Source of the DNA: an uncultured delta proteobacterium
Lineage (GTDB): Bacteria > Desulfobacterota > Binatia > UBA9968
NCBI GenBank assembly: GCA_963728565.1
Contig: CAVSLC010000004.1
Coordinates: 1-64,000, forward strand
Direction of reading: 5' to 3'
DNA length: 64,000 bases
Shown here: in pieces, positions 8,916 through 19,382 of the stretch
Layout: every line of letters begins with the position of its first letter
Numbering within the stretch: the stretch's first letter is position 1
Notes under the pieces: model-generated
Told to the model about the DNA's origin: nothing
The model's input: only the letters and a program-made list of their open reading frames with translations
Databases searched by the model: none
Position numbers and translations under genes: made by a program

Positions 8916-9809
8916 ATGCTCCCCGAGCCGTTTACGCCGGAATTCCTGACACAGTTGGAAACGCTTCGTTTACGCACCAGGAAAGAATTTCTCGGCAGCC
9001 ACACCGGCAATTATTCATCTCCTCGACGCGGCACAAGTTTGGAGTTTGCCGACTACCGGCGTTATTCCCCCGGAGATGATCTGCGCTATCTGGATTGGGG
9101 GATCTATGCGCGCACTGATCGGCTTTATATAAAGGTGTTCCGGGAAGAGGTTGATCTGTTCGCCTACGTTTTCATCGATGCCAGCGCATCGATGGCATTT
9201 CCGTCGAGCCAAGAGAAATTCTTACCAGGCGCGCATATCGGATTGGCGCTCTCTTATGTCATTTTGGCGAACCATGATCATGTCAAGCTCCATTTATTAC
9301 ACGGCGCGTCCCTAAGCCCGGCATCGCCATTTTTTCGCGGTCGCCGCCGCATGGCGGAGTGCGTGCGCTTCGCTACCTCGTTAGAGCCGCGCGGTCTCCT
9401 CGATTTAGCGGGGTCGTTAGCCGAGCACCTCAAGAAACTCCGGCGACCAGGCAAAGCAATCTTAATCTCCGATTTTTTGATGCCGGCGCAGTCCTACCAG
9501 CGCGGACTAAATTTGCTACGAGCCCTCAATCTCGATATCGCGGTGATCCAGGTCTTGAGCCGGACTGAAATAGATCCGCCGTTTACCGACGGTGGCTTGA
9601 ATCTGGTGGACAGTGAAACCCAACATGAAATTCGGCTAAGATGGAGCGCTCGCGCGCGGCAAGAGTACCGGACCAAACTGGCGCAGCATAACTCAGAACT
9701 GCGCAGCTTTTGTCATCAAAGCGGGATTCATTACTCTCTCTATGTTAATGACCGGGATTTGGGCGATTTCGTTTTCGCGACCTTACCCGCAATCGGTCTG
9801 TTCAAATAA
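8916..9809 (+). CDS. DUF58 domain protein
   Basis: GTSLEFADYRRYSPGDDLRYLDW, DASASM, ISDF. Confidence 0.92.
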   Translation: MLPEPFTPEFLTQLETLRLRTRKEFLGSHTGNYSSPRRGTSLEFADYRRYSPGDDLRYLDWGIYARTDRLYIKVFREEVDLFAYVFIDASASMAFPSSQEKFLPGAHIGLALSYVILANHDHVKLHLLHGASLSPASPFFRGRRRMAECVRFATSLEPRGLLDLAGSLAEHLKKLRRPGKAILISDFLMPAQSYQRGLNLLRALNLDIAVIQVLSRTEIDPPFTDGGLNLVDSETQHEIRLRWSARARQEYRTKLAQHNSELRSFCHQSGIHYSLYVNDRDLGDFVFATLPAIGLFK

Positions 9810-9818
9810 GATTGCATC

Positions 9819-11643
9819 ATGGAGTTTCTCAATCCCGCAGCCCTTTACGGACTTTTTGCGTTACCCTTGCTCCTGGTGCCTTATCTCGTCCGGCGCAAAC
9901 CACGCCGTGTGGTCTTTTCCAGCCTGCTGTTGTTTATGGAGCATGGTACACAAGCAACTGCCAAACCGTGGGGCCAGCTGCGTCTTCCGCCCGTTTTCTT
10001 TCTTCAGTTGCTCCTGCTGACCTTGTTGATTTTGGCGCTTGCCGAGCCGGTATTCTCTCTCCGGTTATCCAATATCGCCATTGTGATGGACAACTCGGCT
10101 AGCATGCAGGCGCACGAGGATGGCACAGCCCGTATCGCACTCGCCCGGGATCAGGCCAGGAGAGTGCTCGGTGATCTCAGTGCAAACGGTAAAGTAGATA
10201 TTTTCACACTCGTGCCGCAGCTTCAGAAAGTTAACAGAGCACCGCTTTCGCCGTCTGAGGCTATAGGATTGCTGGTCGGCTTGGAGCCCTACGACCTGGC
10301 TGATGCACCGACGAATTATGCCGACCTCTTTAACCAGCTAACCTCCAATCACAAGTATGAGCGCGTCTACTTCATCACCGATCGACCGTTACGAGGCCAA
10401 TCGGGCGCTCGTTCGGGTTCTTACCGTGGGAAAACCGCGAGACAACCTGGCGATAACCGCATTTAGCGTTTCGCCCTCTTCTCTGGTGAACAGACGTTTA
10501 GAGGCGTCCGTCGAAGTTGCTAATTATTCCGCCCAAGATCAACGGGTCAGAGTAACGATAAGGGACGATGGCAGTGGAAGTGCCATAGCCAATCGGGAAC
10601 TCAAGGTTCCGGCGCGACGAACTGCTTCCGCGACCTTCCAGGGTCTCTCCGAGAAGCCATATTATGTTGCTGAAATTGACGACAACGACGCGTTGAGTCT
10701 CGATAATCGGCAATTTGCCATTGCCGCAAACGCGCGTAGCTTGAAGATCCTGGCGGTTTCGCCTCGTCCTCAAGCGCTGAACAGTTTGCGCGCGATCGCC
10801 GGCGTTAGCCTGACCATCGTTTCCCCCGAAGACTACCAGCAGACCGATCGTTCAGGTTTCGGCTTGGAGATTTTTCACTATTCAGCACCAGCCTTATTGC
10901 CGCTCAATCCATCTCTGCTCGTCTTGCCGCCCGACAGCAATGCCGTTGTCAAATTGGGCAAGCCGGTTACACGGCCGGTGGCGTCGGGCTGGCGCGAATC
11001 GCATCCACTGAACCGATATCTCAACATGGCCCTGTTCCGTCCAACGTATGCCCGGCCGTTAATTCCGCAAACAGCCGGCGAAACAATCATCGAAACCGTC
11101 CAAGGACCACTTGCCTTCACGATGGAGCATCAGGGCCAAAGGCTCCTGGTGCTCGGGTTTGATCCTTTTCCGTATCTAGGACGAGAGAATTTGCCGATGT
11201 CGATCTTCACGCTCAATCTTCTTGACTGGTTTGTATCGGCCAGCAGCCCTAAAGGCCGAGCGACAGGGGAGCCAATTGCCCTGAGGGCTACCCGACACGA
11301 ATCAACATTGACTACCCCACGAGGGGAAAAACATGTAGTCAAACCAGCCTCAACTAGCTTCACCAACACCTTTTATCAGGGCATTTACCAGCTCAATCAA
11401 GGTGGCGAGGGTCAGCTCTTGGCGATCAACTATCAATCCGCCAGTGAATCGGATCTGCGGGACAGCAAGCCTCTGGAGATAAAACCAACAGAGAGCGCCA
11501 TCAGCAGCGGTTCGACACTCTTCTCGTTCTGGCCTTATCTGGTTATGGCGTCATTGCTGCTTTTCATTGTCGAGTGGTTCTTTGTCCCGCCAGCCGATCA
11601 CAGGCAATTGCCGCCGGCAGCGGCCCGGCCAAAGTTTTCATGA
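9819..11643 (+). CDS. BatA-domain / VWA membrane protein; one +1 frameshift at ~10403
   Basis: MEFLNP..L..LPLL..Y..RR..FSSL (BatA), LALAEP, DNSASM MIDAS; continues in the 10357..11643 frame (VRVLTVGKPRDNLAI) to a C-terminal TM helix. Confidence 0.8.
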
Positions 11644-14203
11644 AGACTCTGCTAGCCGATGTACAGTTCGCCAAGCCATTGTTTTTGTGGCTACTGATCG
11701 GACTGCCGGTGCTTTGGTTCTGGTTCGCCGACCGTAGATGGTTCGTCCTAATTTGGCGCACGCTGATTCTGGCTGTTCTCATCATCGCCTTAGCCGATCC
11801 GCAATTCGTCACCAAACAGACCAAACGTGAAAGCGAAGAGCGCATCTTCGCCTTCGATGTTTCGAAGAGTATTTCCGCGAGTATGCGCCAATGGATGGAC
11901 AGCTCGGCACAAGGTGCGCTTGCTCCCAATGGCGCTGACCGCACATTGATTTTCGCTGCCGAGGTAAAGGACAGCGCAAACTGGCGCGAATCGATAAAAG
12001 CCGGACCTGCGATGCAGAATACCGTGAAGCCGGAGAATACAAACCTTCAGCAGCTTTTTGAAAATTTGCTATCGCTGCCCGCCGGCGCCTCGCAGCGTCT
12101 ACTTATTTACCGATGGGTGGGAAAACCAGGGCAAGTTGGAGGTAATGTTGCCCGCCATCGCCGCCTCCGGTTTGAAGGTTTTCCCGATTGTGCCGGCGCA
12201 GCGGATGAGCCTTGCCAACATAACCGTAGCCAAACTCGTCGCTCCGACTCATGGGGACGCGGGCGAAGCGGTCAACATCAAAGTCATACTGGAAAATCAC
12301 AATAGCCGAGAGGTGGATGGAACGTTGGTTCTCACTCGCAACGGCGTGACATTCAAAACCGATCCGGTCAAGCTTAAACCCGGCAGTCAGATTCTGTCCT
12401 ATCCGAGCACGCTTGCGGACGGACCCCTAAATTCATACCGCGCCAGCTTCACAGCCCGTCAGGACGAGTTCGATCAATTTGAACCGGACAACCACGCGCT
12501 GGCCTGGACTAGCGTGCGCAGTAAGGGAAAAATTCTCATCGTCAGCGGTCGCATTGAGGGCGGAAGGTACATCGAAGAGATCCTGCGCCGCCAAGGGTTT
12601 CGAAGTGACCTCACGCACAGCCGACTCGGCGCCGGCTCCAAACGGCTTCAATGTAGTGATTTTTAATAATATCGAACGCGAAAAGTTGACCGCAAGCTAT
12701 CTCAGCGCGGTCGAAAGGCACGTTAATGGTGGCAATGGCTTCATTATGCTGGGCAGTGAGTGGAGTTTCGGACCGGGGGGTTATCGCCGCACTCCTATCG
12801 AGACGCTTTTGCCAGTTGAGTTTAAAGATCCACCCAAGCAGGAAGAAAAAAATCGAGCCATCCTACTGGTCATCGATAAATCCGGCAGCATGCGAGAAGA
12901 TAATCGGATCTTGTACGCTCAAGAGGCGGCTAAAGCGGTCGCCCGGCAGCTGAAGGACAATGATTTGATAGGCGTCATTGGCTTTGACGTTGATCCATTC
13001 GTGGTCGTGCCGCTTGCCAGGATGGGCAGCCTCAGAGGATCATTCAATACCGAGATGGAACGATTAAAACCTGCCGGCCGAACGGTGATGCTACCGGCGA
13101 TCATCGAAGCTAAGCGACAGCTTGAAAGACAAAATGCCGGCCACAAGCACGTGATCATTCTAAGCGATGGTGAAACCGGCGGAAGCGGCGGCGACTTCAT
13201 CGATCTGGTTAACGTCATGAAGGCCGAGCAGCAGATTACCGTGTCGGCCGTGGCTATCGGCGCAGAAGCAAACATCCCGCTTTTAAAAAGAATCACCCAA
13301 TACGGCGGCGGTTTTTTTCACCACATTTACGATCCGACGACTCTTCCGCAGATCGTTTTGCAACGGGTTCAAGAGAAGCCGAAGGACGACCCGCCGCCGG
13401 CGGAACGCGATTTTATACCTGTCCCTGAAAGAGGCTCGGAACTGCTGGCCGGCTTCTCCGGCAAGGGGTATCCGCCGCTGCGCGGCTTTATCGAAACCGA
13501 ACTCAAGCGTGGCGCTCAGCTGGACCTCTCAATCACCAAAGAGGGACGAAAAGCGCCACTGCTTGCCTCCTGGCGCTATGGCCGAGGCAAAACAGTGGCG
13601 TTAACCACTGACCTGGAAGGGCGATGGAGCCGCGCTTGGATTCAATGGGCAAGCCTGCCGGAGTTTTGGGAAAAAGTTTTGCAGTGGATTCGCCCCGCCG
13701 GCGATACCCTCATACCGGTTCACGAAGCCAGGATTAGCTTGTCCGGCAGTCAGCCGATTTTGGATCTTTATATATTTGAGGAGACCGCTTCGGAGAGTCA
13801 GTTTCGCTTCGCAGCAAGCGGGAACGGCACTAAAACCGAAGGGATACTCAAAAGGACCGCTGCCGGACATTTCCAGGTTGCCCTGCCGATCTTACCTCCC
13901 GGCGAATACCGGATTGATCTTTTGGAAGAACGGAAGGGCCGCCAGATCGCGTACCCTCCGGTGGGATTTACCGCCACCTACGATCCAAAACGTGAGTTAT
14001 CGCGCCCCGATGTTAACTTAGCGCTGCTTACGAGGTTAGCGGAGACCAGTGGCGGCGAGGTAAACCCAAAATTCATCGAAAAAGTCGAAAGGCAACATAC
14101 CACGGCCACTCATCAACCTGTCCGCGGACCGCTGCTGGCCCTTGCGTTTGCGCTTTTTATCGTCGAAGTCTCTGTGAGAAGGCTTTTTTTAGGCGAGTCC
14201 TGA
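11640..14203 (+). CDS. VWA-domain membrane protein with glutamine-amidotransferase-like region; two +1 frameshifts (~12083, ~12598)
   Basis: ALADP, DVSKS, FTDG, SFGPGGY..TPIE.LLPV, IDKSGSM, LSDG, WRYGRGK spread over three consecutive frames. Confidence 0.8.
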
Positions 14204-14268
14204 GACGTCCAGCCAACCGTTTGTGGATTGACAGCCCCGGCTAAACGGTTTATTCATGTAAAGTTTGT

Positions 14269-15657
14269 ATGCAACTTGGATTCCCATATGGGGGCCCTGG
14301 ACAGCGAACCGGTCAGGCGCTGCAGTTCAAAGGTCTTCAATCTGTCTATAGCCTGCTGATCTGGTTATCCGTACTTGTCGCGACTGGAGCCGCGAAACCG
14401 GCAGAGGCCGACCCCAGCAGACAAGCGGGGGTGCGCAAAGGAGTCGCCAAAGGCAAGATATCAGCCCCTACTCCCCCGGTTGGCCGGCTTACCAATAACA
14501 CCTTGCTCCCTGCTCGGCAGGTAACCGCCTTGAATTATTGGCCTAGGCCGGAATATCTTGTTCATCGTGTCCGGTCCGGAGATACCTTACCCAAAATCCT
14601 TGAACGATTTAACCTGACCGCCAGTGACAAGGAGCTCTGGGGCCGCTCAATTCGCCAACACTTCCGCTCGGGAAAGCTGGCTCCCGGAAGACAAGTTCAT
14701 TTATACTTCGCCAAGCCGGATATCGATGCTCATCGGGCTAGCGAGTCGTTGATGGCACTAGAGGTCGACTTCGACGACTCGATGGATCTGACCTGGGAAA
14801 AAACCGGCCGGAGTGTCTTTTTCGCGCGACGGGAAAAGCCGGTCAATGTTGAGTTGAGAACCGCCACCGCAACTATCGATGACTCTCTATTCACGTCCGG
14901 TATGAAGGCCGGTATTCACAGCAGCCTACTTTCACAATTGACCGATATTTTCACCTGGGATGTTGATTTTGAAAACAGCATCTACCAAGGCGACAGCTTC
15001 AAGATCTTGTACGAGCAGCGCAGCACAAGGGGCCAACCGGACAAGCCGCAGCTGCGAATCCTGGCCGCAGAGTTGATCAATGCCGGTCAGAAAAAGACTG
15101 CGATTTACTTCGAGAAGCAGAAAGGCATGGGCGCATATTACAACATCGAGGGCAGAAGCTTAGCCCGCTCATTTCTTCGCTTCCCGTTGGAATTTGCCAA
15201 CATTACCTCAACGTTTAGCGAGTCGCGGTTTCATCCGGTTTTGAAGACCAGCCTGCCGCACACCGGGGTGGATTTTGCCGCGGAACGGGGTACGCCTGTC
15301 CGAGCTGTCGGCGACGGCATCATTAACCAGGCTGCTTGGAGCGGCAGTTACGGGAAATTAGTTGAAATCCAACATGATGCCGGCTTTGCGACCCGCTACG
15401 CACATCTTTCGGGCTACGGCAATGGTATCCGGAAGGGTAGCGTGGTGAAAAAGGGGCAGGTAATTGGGTTTGTCGGTTCGACCGGCAGAACAACCGGTCC
15501 TCACCTCCATTTCGAGCTCTATAAAGACCAACAATACATCAACCCGCTCAGCCTCGATTTTCCTCCGCAAGACACCATCGAACCCGCGCTGCTAACCGTA
15601 TTTGAAGACCAAAAAAATACCTTCCTAGTCGAATTGACTTCCTTGCCTCAGTCCTAG
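14269..15657 (+). CDS. M23 family peptidoglycan DD-endopeptidase (MepM-like)
   Basis: HTGVDFAA, TRYAHL, GSTGRTTGPHLHFE; LysM/OapA-like HRVRSGDTL. Confidence 0.92.
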   Translation: MQLGFPYGGPGQRTGQALQFKGLQSVYSLLIWLSVLVATGAAKPAEADPSRQAGVRKGVAKGKISAPTPPVGRLTNNTLLPARQVTALNYWPRPEYLVHRVRSGDTLPKILERFNLTASDKELWGRSIRQHFRSGKLAPGRQVHLYFAKPDIDAHRASESLMALEVDFDDSMDLTWEKTGRSVFFARREKPVNVELRTATATIDDSLFTSGMKAGIHSSLLSQLTDIFTWDVDFENSIYQGDSFKILYEQRSTRGQPDKPQLRILAAELINAGQKKTAIYFEKQKGMGAYYNIEGRSLARSFLRFPLEFANITSTFSESRFHPVLKTSLPHTGVDFAAERGTPVRAVGDGIINQAAWSGSYGKLVEIQHDAGFATRYAHLSGYGNGIRKGSVVKKGQVIGFVGSTGRTTGPHLHFELYKDQQYINPLSLDFPPQDTIEPALLTVFEDQKNTFLVELTSLPQS

Positions 15658-15946
15658 CTCGGTCTCTTTAACCGGTCAGCAGTATCACACTGCGCCATCA
15701 TCAGTGGTTTTCTGAGTGAGCATCCAGCTTTTTATCGGCTCGACCAAACAACCAACAATACGTTTCCGGTAAACTGATCCTACGGGCCTCCTTCCGGTTG
15801 TCGAAACACGCTGCCTGCCGCCTGATCTCTGCTCGACTCTTGAGAACATTCTCCGCAAATAGACGAGCTGCTTCTGGACGATGGCATGGTCGGGTTGTAC
15901 ACTCTGATCATCCTACAGCTATTAATCCCAATGGTTGGGCACTGAT

Positions 15947-17189
15947 ATGATCCAGAAGGCCGTGATCTTGAGCACCGGCGACGAACTCACAACCGGACGA
16001 GTCATCGATACGAACTCGGCAGCGATCGCGGAACGCCTTTTCGCCATCGAAATTGAGGTAGCGGCGATTCTGAAGGTTGGCGACAATAAAGATCAGCTCC
16101 TGTGGGCACTGCGCCAGGCCCAAGCGCTGGCAGACATTGTGATCGGCACCGGCGGTCTCGGACCGACCAGTGATGATCTCACAACCGAAGTCGTCGGGGA
16201 ATTTCTCGGGCGTAAGCTTCGGCAGAACGAGGAAGTCGCGAGAGGGCTTCAACAGCGCTTTAAAGAGCGCGGTATCAGTTGGTCGTCTAATAACTTGAAG
16301 CAGGCGATGTTTCCAGACGGATCAACGATCATTTCTAATCCGTTGGGGACGGCTCCCGGGTTTCACGTGCCAATTAGGCCGGACAAGACGCTCCTGTGGC
16401 TTTCCGGGGTGCCACAAGAAATGGTTGCTATGCTGGATCAAACGGTTATACCGTGGATCGAACGCCAGCAGAGCGAAACGGGACATGCTTTTTCCTGCAC
16501 GTTTAAGATTCACGGAATCACTGAAGGCAAGTCTTGATGAGATGCTACGTCCCCTACATCTCGAAAATCATGCGAGATTGTCGTTTCGCGCGCATTATCC
16601 CGATCTTTCTTTGCGACTGATGGTTAGAACTAAGAGGCCGGATGCATCCGTTCTTTTTGAAACGATCAAAAATGAAATCAGAGTAATTGTGGGGGAGCAC
16701 ATCTATGCCGAGGGGGATACAACTCTGGAAGAGGTGATCGGCAGTTTACTTATGGAAAAGCAGCAAACTCTCGCCCTCGCTGAGTCTTGTACCGGCGGTT
16801 ACATCAGCCACCGAGTGACCCGGGTCGCCGGCAGCTCAGCTTACTACTATGGCGGTGCGGTGACGTATTCCAACGAAGCGAAGATACGCTTTCTGGACGT
16901 CCGCCCAGAAACTTTGGAACAACATGGTGCCGTCAGTCGCGAAACAGCTTTAGAAATGTCGGCAGGCATCAAACAACGCACCGGTGCAGATGTTGGGCTG
17001 AGCGTCACGGGTGTGGCGGGTCCTGCGGGTGGCAGCGCGACGAAGCCGGTTGGTACGGTTTGGGTCAGCATCGCTCAAACGGGAAGCCATGAAGCGAAAC
17101 TTTTTAGGTTCGTTGGAGACCGCGAGCGCATTATTCTCGGCACGTCGCAGGTCGCTCTGAATTGGCTGCGTACCAGCCTTCTGCAATGA
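15947..17189 (+). CDS. cinA: competence/damage-inducible protein CinA; one +1 frameshift at ~16530
   Basis: STGDELTTG, GTGGLGPTSDD, GTAPG, then AESCTGG, HGAVS, TGVAGP.GG..KPVG in the next frame. Confidence 0.92.
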
Positions 17190-17203
17190 GGTAATCGTCA
17201 GCA

Positions 17204-17767
17204 GTGATTCGCGCGTTCATCGGGGTGCAGATCGCTCCTGAGGTCCGCGCCCGAATTTCCGAAGCGATAGCGCAGCTGGCGCCGGAAATTTTCGGGATTC
17301 GCTGGGTCCGGGAAGAAAACTTTCATCTCACGCTGAAGTTTCTAGGTTCTATAGAAGAGCCGCACATCGAGCTTATCAGCAACGCGCTTGCTCAAGCCAC
17401 CCACCCCTTTCGGCGGTTTACTATTAGTGCTAAATGTTTCGGAGTATTCCCCGATACCAAAAGGGCTCGCGTTTTATGGGTCGGTCTACAAGGAAGTGAC
17501 ATGCCGGCCCTGGCAAAGAGTGTCGAATCTGTGTTAGAACCCTTCGGCTTTCCCAGCGAAAAGAGAGTCTTTCGGCCCCACTTAACAGTCGGTCGATGGC
17601 GCCATCCGATGGGCTCGGAGCAACAGCTCGAGGGCAAGCTCAAGCTCTGGAAGAATTTCGAATTCGGCGAGTCCGCTGTCGATGAGGTGGTTTTATTTCA
17701 AAGCGTGCCCAACCGGGAGGGCGCGGTATATCGATCCCTTAAAGCGGTCCCGCTCGGCCGCGATTAA
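17204..17767 (+). CDS. thpR: RNA 2',3'-cyclic phosphodiesterase (2H family)
   Basis: Two HxT motifs (HLTLKFLG, PHLTVGR); usual position between cinA and recA. Confidence 0.92.
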   Translation: MIRAFIGVQIAPEVRARISEAIAQLAPEIFGIRWVREENFHLTLKFLGSIEEPHIELISNALAQATHPFRRFTISAKCFGVFPDTKRARVLWVGLQGSDMPALAKSVESVLEPFGFPSEKRVFRPHLTVGRWRHPMGSEQQLEGKLKLWKNFEFGESAVDEVVLFQSVPNREGAVYRSLKAVPLGRD

Positions 17768-17806
17768 ATGATTTCATGACCGATCAATACTAAGGAGACA
17801 AAGTTC

Positions 17807-18859
17807 ATGGATGTAAACCGGGAGAAAGCCCTCGATCTAGCGGTAAGCCAAATCGAAAAACAATTCGGTAAAGGCGCGATCATGAAGCTCGGCGAGGGAG
17901 GTGTGGTAAAAGATGTTCCGGTGATCTCGACCGGCTCTCTTGGGCTTGATATCGCTCTCGGTATCGGCGGCGTACCGCGCGGCCGGGTAATCGAGATATA
18001 CGGTCCTGAATCGTCGGGTAAGACGACCCTGGCGTTGCAAATTGTTGCCGAAGCGCAGAAGCAAGGCGGCATGGGAGCGTACGTCGATGCCGAGCATGCC
18101 TTGGATTTGGGTTACGCGAATAAGCTCGGGGTGAAGACGGATGATTTGTTAGTCTCACAACCGGACCACGGCGAACAAGCCTTGGAGATAGCCGAGACTC
18201 TAGTCCGTAGCGGTGCCATCGATGTCCTGGTGATCGACTCAGTTGCCGCACTCGTGCCCAAAGCGGAAATTGAAGGCGAGATGGGTGATTCGCACATGGG
18301 ATTGCAAGCGCGGCTTATGTCCCAGGCCTTACGCAAACTCACCGGAACCATCGCACGCTCCCACACCGTCGTCATATTTATCAATCAAATCCGTATGAAG
18401 ATTGGTGTTATGTTCGGCAATCCTGAAACCACTACCGGTGGCAACGCTTTGAAATTTTATGCGTCCGTGCGGATGGATATCCGCCGGATCGGCGCATTGA
18501 AGGATGGTGACAATATTGTTGGTGGGCGCACCCGGGTAAAGGTAGTCAAAAACAAGATGGCGCCGCCATTCAAAGAAGCTGAATTCGATGTGCTTTACGG
18601 CACTGGCATCTCTCGCGATGGGGAGATCGTCGATCTCGGCAGCGAAATGGGCATCGTCGAGAAAAGCGGCGCCTGGTACTCGTTCGGCGGCGATAGAATC
18701 GGCCAAGGACGCGAAGCGGCGAAAAACTTTCTAAAAGAACATCCCGAGATTGCGCAGCAAATCATGTCAAGAGTGATGGAGCGTGTCGGCTTGAAGCGAG
18801 AGGAAGCCCCTGTTACGGCCGGGAATGCCGACAGGAAAGAAAAAGCAAAAGTAAAGTAA
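17807..18859 (+). CDS. recA: recombinase A
   Basis: [39 protein letters not shown]. Confidence 0.99.
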   Translation: MDVNREKALDLAVSQIEKQFGKGAIMKLGEGGVVKDVPVISTGSLGLDIALGIGGVPRGRVIEIYGPESSGKTTLALQIVAEAQKQGGMGAYVDAEHALDLGYANKLGVKTDDLLVSQPDHGEQALEIAETLVRSGAIDVLVIDSVAALVPKAEIEGEMGDSHMGLQARLMSQALRKLTGTIARSHTVVIFINQIRMKIGVMFGNPETTTGGNALKFYASVRMDIRRIGALKDGDNIVGGRTRVKVVKNKMAPPFKEAEFDVLYGTGISRDGEIVDLGSEMGIVEKSGAWYSFGGDRIGQGREAAKNFLKEHPEIAQQIMSRVMERVGLKREEAPVTAGNADRKEKAKVK

Positions 18860-18878
18860 CAAAAGGTTAGTCTCGGAT

Positions 18879-19382
18879 CTGAACCGAACGAGTTACAGAC
18901 CCAAATCGCCTGATTCGGAGGAGGAGGCGCTTCAATCCGCCCTTCGATATCTCAGCTATCGTGCCCGCAGTGAACGGGAGCTACTCACCCATCTATCCCG
19001 TAAAGGCTATTCAGCCGCCGCCCGAGAGAAGGCTCTGGGAAAACTCCGCTCTCTCAATTACATTAATGATGAGTCCTTCGCGCGGAGTTTGGCTTGGTCC
19101 AGAGCCGCCGGCCGCAACTACGGACCGAAGAGAATTGAACGGGAACTAAGGGCCAAGGGTGTTGGGCAGCCATTGATCCGAGACGTAATCGGCACGACCT
19201 TCGCTCAGGGCGACGAGGAAAAGAACGCTAAAAACTTGCTGGACAAAAAATTTAAAGGAGTCAATCTTCGAGATCCCAAAGTCCTTCGCCGAGCGAGCGC
19301 GTTTCTCGCGCGCCGTGGTTACAGCAGTCAGGTGATTTATAGTCTGATGGGACGCCGCGGGGAGGACGATGTAGAACCATGA
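18879..19382 (+). CDS. recX: RecX regulatory protein (start uncertain)
   Basis: The frame of ORF 19089..19382 is open from 18855 and reads ALRYLSYRARSERE...YINDESFA...GPKRIEREL..KG...LARRGY; the only start-like codon upstream of the core is CTG 18879. Confidence 0.85.
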   Translation: MNRTSYRPKSPDSEEEALQSALRYLSYRARSERELLTHLSRKGYSAAAREKALGKLRSLNYINDESFARSLAWSRAAGRNYGPKRIERELRAKGVGQPLIRDVIGTTFAQGDEEKNAKNLLDKKFKGVNLRDPKVLRRASAFLARRGYSSQVIYSLMGRRGEDDVEP

